A stretch of DNA of 64,000 bases from Eledone cirrhosa. Taxonomy: Eukaryota. The DNA is taken from NCBI GenBank assembly GCA_964016885.1, contig OZ024742.1, positions 293,074,001 through 293,138,000 on the forward strand, written 5' to 3'. Shown in pieces: positions 15,011-29,975 of this stretch. The position numbers were made by a program, and so were the translations under genes. The notes beneath the pieces are model-generated. The model searched no databases. It was not told the origin of the DNA and saw only the letters and a list, made by a program, of their open reading frames with translations. Every line of letters begins with the position of its first letter. Position 1 is the stretch's first letter.

Positions 15011-15123
15011 ATTATATATAAACACACAAAACCATTATATAAAAAAATGCATATACACGCACAAATATACACACACCCATACACACACATTAAAGTTATA
15101 TATACACACATACATACACATAT

Positions 15124-15223
<100 letters not shown>

Positions 15224-15440
15224 AATATATATATACACATATATACACACATACATACATATAAATATATACACACACGCGCACAAATACAACAGAAATA
15301 TATAATATATACGATTATATATACATATACAATTACATACAGATAGATATAAACATACATACACACACATATATATATACATACACATATCCATATACAC
15401 ACACACATATACATATACGCATATATATACATATATACGC

Positions 15441-15488
<48 letters not shown>

Positions 15489-15498
<10 letters not shown>

Positions 15499-15864
15499 AT
15501 GTATATATAATGTATTTTGCAATACACTTTATGCTTAATTAAAAGCATTTTGAAGAGCGTAAGCTATTGTTTTAAAGTAGTGACAAATTCACTCACTTTG
15601 ATCTCAGCAAACAGGGGAGATAAGCCGACAAGACTTGTTTCGCTTTGGTTGAAGCTTATCAAGGCCAACTACCCCACTTGTTTGCTGAGATCATTGATGT
15701 TATATTCTTATAGAAATCTAGGAGCTGAGATCAAAGTGAGTGAATTTGTCACTACTTTAAAACAATAGCTTACGGTCTTCAAAATGCTTTTAATTAAGCA
15801 TAAAGTGTATTGCAAAATACATTATATATACATCCATATATATATTGCTATTTCAGAGCTCCAA

Positions 15865-15868
<4 letters not shown>
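15489..15868. mobile_element. Mini-PLE: ~120-bp inverted arms plus tail, with internal hammerhead
   Basis: Arms 15489-15608 and 15724-15843; tail tgctatttcagagctccaattct; (TA)n flanks. Confidence 0.8.
15624..15665 (-). ncRNA. Type I hammerhead, U3-A8 variant core
   Basis: GCC-TTGATAA-GCTT-caacca-AAGC-GAA-ACAAG-t-CTTGT-C-GGC, nested in a longer gatctcagcaaaca/tgtttgctgagatc stem. Confidence 0.75.
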
Positions 15869-15920
<52 letters not shown>

Positions 15921-16069
15921 CATACATACATATACGCAACACAAAAAAAAATAATATCTAAAAATAAAAAGATTTTTGGTATGTGAAGGGTAAGGCAAAA
16001 AATTTGGGGGGAAAAAGAGGGGGGAAATAAATGATATAGGAAAAGGTTTAAATATAAGGGGAGATAAGG

Positions 16070-16600
16070 GAGAAAGAGAATACAAGAGTACAGAACGTGG
16101 ATTCAGCAGGTAAAAAAACCGTCTAAAATAGACCAATCGATAGAGTACGGGATGTTTTTATCCTTGAATTCCCACACCTTACTTGCGAGGGCCGTTGTTG
16201 TTCGTTTATCGGAGTGCTTAAAAGAAGCGACATGTGCATAAAACTTGGTTTTAAACCTGTCCTGGGTCATGCCGACATATCGCTCACTCCTGGCTGGCTG
16301 GTTGTTGATTAAAGGTGTTACTTTAGCCTCATAAACAACAGATTTGGTGTTACATTTGCCCTGCAATGGGCATTCATCCGGCTTCCTGCAACTGCATCCT
16401 GGATTTGTTCTCGTATTATTTGAATTAGTGATCTTGGACTTCATTGATGGGCAACAAGAGTAACTGATCTTAACTACATTTCTATTAAATATCTTATAAT
16501 ATCTCTGATTAGGAGCAAAATGTTTATCTAAGAGTTCAAGGAATTTCCTTCCTACATTAGTTTTGACAGTTAGAGAGAAGGGGGTGTAAACCAAATAAAA
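16070..16600 (-). pseudogene. Penelope-like GIY-YIG endonuclease fragment (Nematis-type, tentative)
   Basis: IWFT(fs)[49 protein letters not shown]; internal deletion to LLNPRS. Confidence 0.85.
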
Positions 16601-16791
16601 GGAAAATTATTTGGTTTACAAATAATATGTGTATGTATATATGTGTGTATGTATGTTTATATCTATCTGTATGTAATTGTATATGTATATATAATCGTAT
16701 ATATTATATATTTCTGTTGTATTTGTGCGCGTGTGTGTATATATTTATATGTATGTATGTATGTGTGTATATATGTGTGTATATATATATA

Positions 16792-16869
<78 letters not shown>

Positions 16870-17040
16870 ATATGTGTATGTATATATGTGTGTATATATA
16901 ACTTTAATGTGTGTGTATGGGCGTGTGTATATTTGTGCGTGTATATGTATTTTTTTATATAATGGTTTTGTGTGTTTATATATAATAGCCTCAGAAAAGG
17001 CTTGAGCTCTGCCGTAGGGTCAGACTTTTTCCTATGTGTG

Positions 17041-17082
<42 letters not shown>

Positions 17083-17570
17083 CGTAATTGTCTGTGTGTG
17101 TATTTCTGTGGTTGTGTTTTTTTGTGTGTGTGTGTATATATATATGTGTATGTGTGTGTGTATATGTATATACGTATAAGGGTGTATGTATATACATCAT
17201 TACATATAGTGATTTAATGATTATTTTCATTGATCTTTTACTCCAGGTACTTGTTGAGTGCTCTAAATCTGCTATAAGCATTTATACCCTTTTCTAAATA
17301 TATATTTTTTTATTAATATTTGTCGTATTCCCAACTTTTTATTTTCATTTTTATGTTTATTTTTATTTTTATTTTTATTTTTATTTTTATATATACAATA
17401 TTTTTTTATATATACAATATTTAGTTTATAATATTTATGTTCTTTTCATATATATATATATTGAGTTATATATGTATATGTTTGTGTGTGTGTATGTACG
17501 TATGCATACGTATGTGTATGTATATATGTGTGTGTAAGTATATATGTGTATGTGAGTATGTATGTATGTG

Positions 17571-17606
<36 letters not shown>

Positions 17607-17762
17607 AGAGTTAAATAAGGTTCATATGAATTATCTAAGAATGAGTTTTACACACATATATATATGTGTGTGTTTGTATTTGTATGTACGTGTCTGTGAT
17701 ATGTATGTATATGTATGTGTATAATTGTATGGATATGTATGTATGTGTGTATATATATATAC

Positions 17763-17794
<32 letters not shown>

Positions 17795-18250
17795 GTATTT
17801 GTGTATGCGTATGTATGTGCTTATGTATTTGTATATGTATATTTATGTGTGAGAGTATGTGTATGTATGTGTACGTGCATTTGTGTGTATTGCTTACCAC
17901 GTGTGTTTGTTCATTTATTTGTTGCCTGTATCGCTGTCAACATTATAATAGTCTTTATTTTTTTAATGTTTTTTATTTTTATATATATTTTTTCTTATAT
18001 TTATTTGTGTGTGTGAGTATGTAGAGGTGTGTGTATATATTTCTATTTTTGTGCATGCGTATGTATCCATGTATATATATATATATGTGTGTATGTATGT
18101 GTATGTATGTACGTGTGTATATACGTATAATTGTGTGTATGTATGTATGTATGTATGTATGTATGTATGTATGTATGTATGTATGTATGTATGTGTATGT
18201 GTGTATGGCTATGTATATGTATGTGTATGCATATATATATATATATATAT

Positions 18251-18524
18251 GTAGATAAATCTACCAAGAGTTTACGGCAGTGTCCAATCCGTATGAAGAA
18301 CTCAATGTAATCCGGATATCATGGAAAGAAGAGATGCAATGAAAAATCACTTTCGGTGAAAGATAACCGGAAAACAGAGTCAAGATAAAATATTAAAAAA
18401 ATAATGAATAAAACAATGAAACAGTTCCTTATATTAAACAAAAAAAGTTCATTATTTTTCAAATAATGAACTTGTTTTGTTTAATATAAGGAACTGTTTC
18501 ATTGTTTTATTCATTATTTTTTTA

Positions 18525-18533
<9 letters not shown>
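18251..18533. mobile_element. Mini-PLE: 73-bp inverted arms (18385-18457 and 18461-18533) plus tail (18251-18384)
   Basis: Arm sequence matches 52330-52403; (TA)n flanks. Confidence 0.8.
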
Positions 18534-18593
<60 letters not shown>

Positions 18594-18718
18594 CTTTATC
18601 GATTTTTTTATCGTATGGTTGATTGTAGACTTGTTCTATATGTGACGGTATTTTAACGATAGTTATAGCTGTGATTCATCTGAATTATTGAGCCCTCTGC
18701 CGTATATATATATATGAT

Positions 18719-18963
18719 GGAGGCACATGGCTTAGTGGTTAGAGCATTGGCCTTGCAATCGAAAGGTTGTGAGTTCAATTCTCAGACTGGGTGATGTGTT
18801 GTTTCCTTGAGCAAGACACTTTATTTCACATTGCTCCAGTTTACTCAGCTGTAGAAATGAGATGATAGGGACTGGGGTCCATATCATTCCACAGCACCCA
18901 GCACTCACTGTAAATGAAGTTGGTGTTAGGAAGGGCATCCAGCTGTAGAAATCAAGCCAGAAT
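18719..18963 (+). mobile_element. SINE S1 copy with shortened tail
   Basis: A/B boxes and ccttgagcaagacacttt core; partial tail unit. Confidence 0.85.
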
Positions 18964-18969
18964 GTGTGT

Positions 18970-19003
<34 letters not shown>

Positions 19004-19232
19004 ATGTATATAATTGTGTGTGGTGTGTGTGTTTGCATGTGTGTTTTTATTTTATTTTTCCTTTCCTTCTTCCTTTTCTAGCCTCACTTTCATATAGATT
19101 ACATTTTTGTTTTTAAAATCCAATGTCAATAAATACGCCAGGATTTTTTCATTCTGATGATTGAAAGCAAAATTTGTTTGCTTTTAAGAAACCACTGGTA
19201 AATGAAATAATTGCCTTATGTTGTTTATTGCA

Positions 19233-19326
<94 letters not shown>

Positions 19327-19336
19327 TATATATATA

Positions 19337-21017
19337 TATTGTTATATTTGGGGAGGGTCATATTTGCGTAATATTGCCAGAATTAATAACAGAACACACT
19401 CACTGTTTGGTTGGTTTTCGCTTCTCGCTGTCTTTTATATCTGCGATCTAACTTACTCGGTCCTCAATGTTGCCATTGACTGACCGGCGGTCAAAAATAA
19501 TACAGATACAATATAGACACAAACACATATATATAGTTTACATAATTTACATAAATCTTTCGTTGCACATCTGCAACATCGTCAGTGGTGTTATATTCTT
19601 TGTTCCTCCTGTTGTGTTGTATGTCTACGCCATTTTTTTTTTTTTTTGTTCAGTCTGTCTATATATTTATTTATTTATTTGCTTGTTTGTTTATCTTATT
19701 TTATTTTGTCTTCTTTGCGCATGCGTTTGCGTGTGTGTATAGTGTTATGTGTGGTGTGTGAGTAGTGTGTATAGTGTTGTGTCTGCTGGGTGACTAGTGT
19801 GTGTTTATGTGCTTGTTGTTATTGTGCTTGTGTATGTATTTATTTATCTTATTTTATTTTATTTTATTTACTTATTTATACTTCTCTTAGGTCAGTGTTG
19901 TTTGTTTGAGTGTTGTTGTTGTTCCACTCATTCTTTCTGTTTAGCTTTGGTCTTCTAATTTCTATTTCACTGGCCTCTCTGATTTGCCTATCTGCTGGGT
20001 CATTCCTATGTTTAGATATTATTCTAATTTCTATGTTGTCTATGTTACCGTCATGTTGTTGTCTAGCATGTTCGTATAGTACTGATCCGTTTTTTCGTCC
20101 TTTTAGTTCCCCCCAGTGTTGGTCTATCCTTTCACCTATGCTACGAGCTGTCTCACCTATGTATGTTGTTGTCATGTTTCTGCAAGTACCCTCTGTACAT
20201 CTTATGCTATAGACTACGTTTCTAGTTTTACAGTTTATCCGGGGGTTCACCTTACATATGATACATTTCCTATTGGTACAGTGGGTTTTCTTAAAAGGGT
20301 AGGTTTTGCTGATCAGGGATTTTATGGTGGTTCCTGGCTTTTCTACCACCTTTATTTTTAAGTGGGTCTTTCTCAGGGCCTTTCTACACTGGTTAGCTAA
20401 TTTCCCTCCAGGGGTGGCGTCCACAAACATGACACTCTGATATCTCTGGTTGTCGTACCATGATGTGGCCTTCCCTATCTTATGTCTAGCCCTATCTAAG
20501 CTATTCCATGATTTGCTCCTGTATAGTGGGTAAATTCCTTTCATGTCCAGTTCTATGAGGGTCTTATACTTTTCCATGGCTCCTTCGTATACTCTGACTC
20601 TGTCTCTTTGGTTGTAGCCAGAGAACTGCATGCGGTTGATGAAGTGTTGGATGTGTACTTCCATTTCTGTTGGGTCGCACATGCTGGACACATTCTTCAT
20701 CACTCGTACCAAATCTGCGATCAGAATATTAAACTTAGCACTACTGGACATTGCTGAGTTTTTGAGTATCAGGTATTTGGAGGCCATGGGTTTAGCATAG
20801 TGTGAGTGGAGAATTTGGGCTCTCTCGTCTATAGTGTTAATCCAGGGAGGACCGAGTAAGTTAGATCGCAGATATAAAAGACAGCGAGAAGCGAAAATCA
20901 ACCAAACAGTGAGTGTGTTCTGTTATTAATTCTGGCAATATTACGCAAATATGACCCTCCCCAAATATAACAATATCTGTTTCGACACACGATTTCATAT
21001 AAAAAAACTCGCAAAAC
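19337..21017 (-). mobile_element. Penelope-like element (Naiad-like), 5'-truncated, with oppositely oriented tailed pLTR at 20847-21017
   Basis: ORF 19876-~20845 with KPMAS..SAMS..K, FSGY, CxxxxCxxC, VVYSIRC..YIGET.R and LNRKNEWN; pLTR with hammerhead core at 19558-19585. Confidence 0.9.
19876..20845 (-). pseudogene. PLE RT thumb + GIY-YIG endonuclease, 5'-truncated
   Basis: GIY-YIG motifs as above; the first ~19 residues of the called ORF come from the inverted pLTR. Confidence 0.85.
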
Positions 21018-21068
<51 letters not shown>

Positions 21069-21173
21069 ATATATATATATAACAAAGGAATTGTGGTAAG
21101 GAACCAAATGGACCATAACGCACTAGAGTACTCAATACTTAGGGTAGTAGAGTGGGAAATAGGAAAAAGTATG

Positions 21174-21268
21174 ACCCCGACGGCAGAGCTCAAGCCGTTT
21201 CCTCGGCTATTCTGGACTAAATTAGAATTTTTAACCTGGTGAATAAATAGTCAAACTTTTCAAGGGAG
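21174..21268 (-). ncRNA. Hammerhead, U3-A8 variant with long stem II, in a pLTR remnant (about 21081-21540)
   Basis: tccc-TTGAAAA-gtttgactatt...aatagccgag-GAA-ACGGC-ttgagctct-GCCGT-C-gggg; relics of the same motif at 14855-14890 and 16986-17022. Confidence 0.65.
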
Positions 21269-21533
21269 TACTTCCTTATATGGGAAGATTGTAGTTGTCA
21301 AGAGGATTGGTTAAAATTTGTTGTAAACACAAATAAGTCTATCATGACATTTGGTGCGAGGTAGGGGTGGCTGTACTTGCCTGTAGAACAATAGGGGAGT
21401 GAGTGGAGGCTCAAGCGTTGAAAGTGATATGTATACATCAGATTCTAAGGATAGTGTATGAAGTGGGGGAGGGAGGTTATAGAAAAGGTAAATCGAAAGA
21501 GAGTAGGAGACAATAAAAGATACTAGAAAGAAA

Positions 21534-21564
<31 letters not shown>

Positions 21565-21619
21565 TAAAATAAAATAAATATATAAAATTATTTTATATAT
21601 GTTTTTATTTTTTTATTTC

Positions 21620-23474
<1,855 letters not shown>

Positions 23475-23520
23475 AAATATGAGAATAAACGGGCTGCGTG
23501 GTTGCTAATGGGTTACATAG

Positions 23521-26210
23521 TTCTTCCACGCTAGCATGGGTTAGATGGGTTGTCCTGTTGTGTGCAGTGTCTGGTCGGCTGACCATGCCTTGCTCATACA
23601 GGAACTGATTTGGCTTGATTTCTACAGCTGGATGCCCTTCCTAACACCAACCTCATTTACAGTGAGTGCTGGGTGCTTTTTCGTGGCGCCTACACGTCCA
23701 CTTTACAGTGTGGGCTGGGTGCTTTTTTGCCGTGGGACCTCCACGACCACCTTGCAGTGGGTGGTGTGGGGCATATTGTCTATATGCTTCAGCTTGTACC
23801 CATGGGAGGTCGGGTACTCTGTATTACTGCGTGACGCCAGAGGTCACGGTCGTGTGTCATTGCCTTTGAGAGGTGTAATTGGGTAAGGTCGGCTTTTATC
23901 ACCTCATCCCAGGTCATCTTGGGTCTCCCCACTCCGCGGTTTCCATCGACTTCTAGTGCTCTGCACCTTTTTATGCAGCTGTCATCCTTCATACGCATCA
24001 CATGTCCATGCCAACGCAACCGCCTCTCCTGCACACAGCATTTGATTCCTCTTATGCTCAGTCTCTCTCTCAATTCATTTATGCTTTGTCGTTCGCATAT
24101 ATTACTATTACACATCCATCGGAGCATGCAGGCTTCGTTTCTCTCTAATCTACGTAAGTCTTCCACCTTCAGCGCCCAGGTCACACTACCATGCAACATC
24201 GCTGTTCGGATACACGCATCATACAGTCTGCCTTTCATTTTGAGGGAGAAGCTTTTGCAGCTAGCAGTGGTAGTAGTTCCCTAAACTTCTTCCATCCCGT
24301 TCTTACCCTAGTTATTGTACTTTCTGAACACCCACCTCCGCTGCTAATTCGGTCACCTAGGTAGCAGAAGCTGTCTACTGTTTCTACAGAGCCCTCCCAG
24401 AGATTGGTGGTACTTGTTTCCTGTGGCTGTTTGCTGCTTGCTGTCCCAGCACAGCTGCTGCATGTGAAGCCTACATTCTTAATTAGGCTTCCTGAGATCC
24501 CGCTACATCTCTTGTGTACCCATTGTTTGCATTTGGGGCAGAGAATGGAGTTACTACCTACACCTTTCCTACATACTGAGCAAGGCCATTTCCCTGAGGG
24601 GATCTGGGTTCTGTTTTCTCGTCTACTTACAAGGACCTTAGTCTTTGTCATGTTGACTTTGAGACCCTTTCTTTCTAGTCCCTGCTTCCAAGTTTGGAAT
24701 TTCTTCTCTAGTTCTACCATAGATTCAGCTATAAGTGCGAGGTCATCAGCATACAGGAGTTCCAATGGGCATCCGGTCTTAAACTCCTCCGTTATTGCCT
24801 GCAGGACTATGATGAACAGGAGGGGGCTAAGAACAGAGCCCTGGTGGATCTCAACCTGTATGCTAAATTCCTCGCTATACTCATTGCTAATCCTAACTTT
24901 GCTGACTGCTCCCCTATACATGGCTTGTACCGCTTTCACAAGCCATTCATCTACTCCTAGTTTTCTAAGTGCCCACCAGATTACGGCACGTGGAACTCTG
25001 TCAAAGGCTTTCTCAAGATCGACGAATGCCAGGTAGAGTGGCTTACTTTTAGCTAGGTACTTTTCCTGTAATTGCCTCACAAGGAAGAGGGCATCAGTGG
25101 TGCCTCTTCCTGGTACAAATCCAAATTGCATCTCGTCTAGTTTCACCCGGTCCCTAATCAACTGTGCTATAACTCTTTCTGTTACTTTCATGACCTGGTC
25201 CATCAGCTTTATACCTCTATAGTTTCCTCTATCTAGTGCATCACCTTTACCTTTGTAGCAGTTGACAATGATGCTACTGCACCAATCTTTTGGTATGACA
25301 CCTTCTAGTATTACCTGGTTAACAATACGTGTGGTTATAGTGTGACCTACAGACCCAGATGCCTTCAGCATCTCGGCAGCTATACCCGATGGACCGGTTG
25401 CCTTCCCCATCTTCATATCTTTGATTGCCTTACTTACTATGCTGCTGCTGACTTGTACTGCTGGCCCCTCTATAGGGTCTACTTGGGGTAAGGTCTCTTC
25501 TTCCCATGCATTCTCCTCATTTAGTAATCTATCATAATGACTCTTCCATGCATCTTTTTTCTCAGCACTTGTGAGGGCAAGCTCACCTTTATCATTCCGG
25601 ATACACTTCTCACCAATGACATCACAATTCTCTCTGACACACTGCCTCGCAATCTTGAACACCTCCTGTTTCTGGTCCTCACGTTGCAAGACATGCTTGA
25701 ATTTTCTATCCTCTGCTTCCCTCCTAGCTAAGTATACTTGTCGCCTAGCTTACCTCTTGGTCTCTATGTAATGTACCCTGCTCCCCCCGTTCTTCCATTC
25801 TTTCCATGCCTGTCTCTTGGCCTTAAATGCCTCATCTACCTTATTGTTCCACCACCAAGTCACTCTCTTCCTGCTTGTGGTCTTACTCCAGCCACAGACC
25901 TCATCCGTCGCCTCTAGTAAGTTATTTTTTAGGAACTCCCAGTTCTCTTCTACATTGAATGTCTCTATCTGTTCTTCTTTACTGTCGTAGGCATTGAGTA
26001 AAATATCTTTAAATTTGTTACTGGTTGAGGGGTCTTTCAGCTTCCAGATCTTTCATCTCCAGGTTGGCCTCTGTTTCCAGGTTCGTCTAGTTCTGACTCT
26101 GAGGTCGCTGACAACTAAGCTATGTTGGGATGTACATTCCTCACTAGGGAAGGCTTTTGTGTTTACGACCGTCCATCTGTCACGTCCTCTGATGAGGATA
26201 AGGATAACAT
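23521..26210 (-). mobile_element. R2 subfamily A LINE, 5'-truncated
   Basis: ORFs 24235-25689 and 23789-24238 (FVDLEKAFD, LLYADD, PHD insert); end of the APE domain near 26100-26210. Confidence 0.92.
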
Positions 26211-26704
26211 ATATATATATATGTGTGTGTGTGTAAATACATCACATATGTATATTAGTACTTAGCATGCATGCCATTGTTTATGTAGCTGTGTATGTGT
26301 GCATGTAGGATTTGTTACTTATGTATGTGTGTGTATTTATTTAAGTGTAAGTATTGGTATGTTTATTTCTGTAATTATGTATATTTATACATATGTGTAG
26401 AATCTACATTTATGAATTTCTCAACACTAAGCATTTCTTTAAAAATTGAATTTCTCTTTTTATTTTTACTGTACAGCAAATAGTTAATGTTAGTTCTTGC
26501 CAAGAAACCTTAACTTTTTTGATAACAAAGTGTCTGGTAACACCCCTGATTCTAAACTGTTTGTTTATATTTATCTAAAACCCTTCTATCATAATTTTAT
26601 GTAAGGCTCTTTGTTAAATTATTTTCCAAACATCAGCTTAATAATGAGTAAATTAATTATATTTCTAGATCTCTAGAAATTCTTGATTATTTTCAATATT
26701 CTTT

Positions 26705-26872
26705 GGATTGGCAGTATCGGTAGAGACAACATGCTATATGGCATAGGGTTACGTCCCTTTATGATCTGAGTTCAAATCCTGCTGAGGTTAGCTTTGCATT
26801 TCATCCTTACGGGGTTGATAAAATAAAGTACCTCCAAAATTGTTGGATTTGTGCCTAAATCAGAAACCAACA
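26705..26872 (+). mobile_element. Nin-domain SINE S2
   Basis: gattggcag..ggtagag head, gagttcaaatcc B box, tttcatccttacggggttgataaaataaagtac. Confidence 0.7.
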
Positions 26873-27194
26873 TTATTGATTATTTTCACAATTAATCGAA
26901 AATCATAGGCAGTGTCTTTAATTAGAAATATGGTAATGAAAGGGTTAAAGATTTTACATTTATGTGAAAACTTTCCATCATAATTTTAGGTTAAAAACCC
27001 TTGTTTAGTTATGCTTCAAATACCAGCTTAATGATGAGAAAATTATTTTACTAACTTAACTGAAAATCATTGCCAGTGTCTTTCATTAGAAATATAGTAA
27101 TGAAAAAGTTAGTGTTTATATTTAACTAAAAACCTTATTATAATTTTATGTAATGGAAGGTTTTTAGTTAAATATAAACACTAACTTTTTCATA

Positions 27195-27381
27195 GGCAGT
27201 GGATTGGCAGAATTGGTAGAGCGTTGAACACCATGCTTTGTAGAATAGAGTTATGGCCTTTTACGGTCTGAGTTCAAATCCCACCGAGGTCAACTTTGCC
27301 TGTCATCCTTATGGGGTAGATAAAATAAAGTACCAGTAATGCACTATGTAATTGCTGGCCTTGTGCCAAAAGTAGAAACAA
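27195..27381 (+). mobile_element. Nin-domain SINE S2, full length; other copies at about 31405-31540, 43910-44040, 44125-44280 and 62890-62940
   Basis: A box tggcagaattgg, B box gagttcaaatcc, Nin-type gaggtcaactttgcc.tcatcctt..gggg..gataaaat. Confidence 0.8.
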
Positions 27382-27621
27382 TTATAATTTTATGTAATAA
27401 CATTTCTTAAGTTATTCAAAGGGTCTCTCTTGTCAAACACTGTCATGATTTATCTCCCTGAGAATTACATTACTGGTACACATGTCTGTAGCATACTCAA
27501 TCATTTAAACAATAATCTCATATGTAGGCTGTTCCAATGATCAAACAACTGGAAGAGTTGTCAAAACCAACAGAGGTTCATTGTTTCCTTTTTTCCTATA
27601 AACAATTTCTCAATGTCTTAA

Positions 27622-27837
27622 CCCTTTAGAATTTAAACTGGCCATATCCAGCCAGAATTCTCTCACTTCTGTCTGTTCAAACGGGCTGTAACTGGCTACT
27701 CATATTGATGTTAAGGTATTTTTCTCAAAATAAATAATATCAAAATCTTGTAGATTTGATATTATGTGAGATAATTACGTGCAATAAAGTGTTTACCCCA
27801 AAAATACAATATATAGAGTGATGTAAATGTTAAAGGG
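27622..27837. mobile_element. piggyBac-type MITE
   Basis: TTAA on both sides; ccctttag/ttaaaggg termini; four copies in window. Confidence 0.8.
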
Positions 27838-28050
27838 TTAAGCCACTTGTGAAAGTCACTTAGGAACAGAAACTAAATAATTTGTGTTGCTATGTAGCCC
27901 CAACAACATTGTTTCAAAAAGAGATTGCACTATATCTTAACCTAGGGATTCCTAACACTGAGTAAATTTAACTCCAGAGGTTGAATTTTACCTAATCAGG
28001 ACTAAATTTGCTGGTTCTGGATTTCTACTTATCATTTTCAATGTATCATC

Positions 28051-29394
28051 TGCTCATGGGAACTCCTATATGCAGATGATCTAACGCTCATAGCTGAATC
28101 AATGGCCGAGCTAGAGAAGAAATTCCAAACATGGAAGCACGGCCTAGAATCAAAAGGCCTTAAAATTAACCTGGCTAAGACTAAAGTTATAGTTTGTAGG
28201 AAAGAAAATAAGGCGCCGGTCCCCTCCGGGAAATGGCCATGCTCAGTGTGTAGGAAAGGTGTAGGTAGAAACTCCATTTTATGTCCCAAATGCAAAGTAT
28301 GGGTGCATAAAAGATGTAGTGGGATCACAGGTAAGCTAACTAAGAACATAGATTTTACATGTGGTGAAATAAGTAGCAGCAAGTGCCCACAAAATAGTAG
28401 CTCTTTCAATTGCGCAGAGTGTTCTATAGAAATAGTGGACAGCTTCCGTTACCTGGGTGACAAAATCAGCAGTGGGGGAGGGTGCTCTGAAAGTACAGTA
28501 GCTAGAGTCAGAACTGGATGGAAAAAGTTCAGAGAGCTTATACCACTATTAGCTGCTAAAGGGTTCTCCCTAAAAATGAAAGGCAGGTTGTATGATGCCT
28601 GCATACGAACAGCAATGTTGCATGGCAGTGAGACCTGGGCATTGTGTGCAGAGGATATACGCAGACTAGAGAGGAACGAAGCTTGCATGCTCCGCTGGAT
28701 GTGTAATAGTAATATACGTGAACGGCAAAGCATAAACGAACTAAGGAAAAAGTTAAAAATAAGAGGGATCAGATGTTGTTTACTCGAGAGAAGGCTACGT
28801 TGGTATGGTCACGTGATGCGCATGAAAGACGACAGCTGTAAAAAAAAGTGCAGAGCAATAAAGATAGACGGTATCCACGGAGTAGGCAGACCCAGAAAAA
28901 CCTGGGACGACCTGATAAATTCCGACCTCACACACTTACACTTCTCCAAGACAATGTCACTGGACCGAGATCTTTGGCGGTATTCAGTAATAGAGAAGAC
29001 CCGCCTTACCTAAATACAAAGTAAAACCTACTACAGTCAGTAGGCACCTCTAACAAAACACCCCCCGTCCCACCACCACCACCCATCCACACCGCCCCCT
29101 TTCAATGTAATGTTATGTTGGTGCCACAACATCCAGGCCGAAACAAATGAGATCGTGTAGGTGTCACGACAAAAAAACACACAGTCCACGCTGTAATGTG
29201 GCCGTGTAGGCAACACGGTAAAAACCTCCCAGCCCCACACTGTAAATGTGGTTGGTGTTAGGAAGGGCATCCAGCTGTAGAAAACCCGCCAGACAGTCCT
29301 ATGCGAGCAAGACAATCACTCTTGCCTCAAGTGGGAAAACTCCCGTTCAAACCCATGCAAGCGTGGAACATGGACGTTAAATGATGATGATGAT
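28051..29394 (+). mobile_element. R2 subfamily B LINE, 5'-truncated
   Basis: WELLYADD at start; ORF 28102-29013; 3' UTR with (GAT)n tail. Confidence 0.92.
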
Positions 29395-29781
29395 CATCAT
29401 CATTATCTTAAAGTGGCTACTGATCTCCCAAACAGGCCAAATATCTGTGTCTCGCTTATGTACAGTCTCCTATTCTATTGAGTGCATAGGAGAAGTTGTC
29501 GTGTCTTTGACACAACTGAGGGTCTTTCCAACTCTTTGTTTGGTAAGCTTTCTACGGCTGGCTGCTCTTCCTATCATCAACCACTTTAAGTGTGTACTGG
29601 ATGTGTTTATTGTGTAAATCACCAAACACTAGGGAGGTTGTCATGTCTTTCACACAACTGAATTATAATTATAATTTACAATTTATATAATGTTTGTGAT
29701 TTACAAACAAATAAATCAATAACAAAAAAGGTTAAAAAGAAAGAAAAGAAGGGAGATGTGCACACTCAGTTACAGTCTATG

Positions 29782-29975
29782 CAGTGTTGGATTTAGGACA
29801 AATGAGGCCTTGTACTAGTTAAGTTATGAGGCCCCTTTGAACGTTTGACATTTGAAAAACATTTGAAAAATTTATCATAAAAAAATATTTTGGGGCTGGA
29901 AGATATCTCCACCACCCCCAGCCGACGGGGCCCAATGCTTATGCATACCTAAGCACAATGGTAAATCCAGCACTG
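29782..29975. mobile_element. hAT-type MITE with degenerate 8-bp TSD
   Basis: TIRs cagtgttggattta / taaatccagcactg; agtctatg (29774-29781) and actgtata (29976-29983); empty paralogous site actctatg at 30075-30082. Confidence 0.75.

Noticed and set aside
19876-20845. Selenoprotein-type Naiad (in-frame UGA plus SECIS)
   Set aside because: No in-frame TGA in the retained ORF; the missing 5' part cannot be judged.
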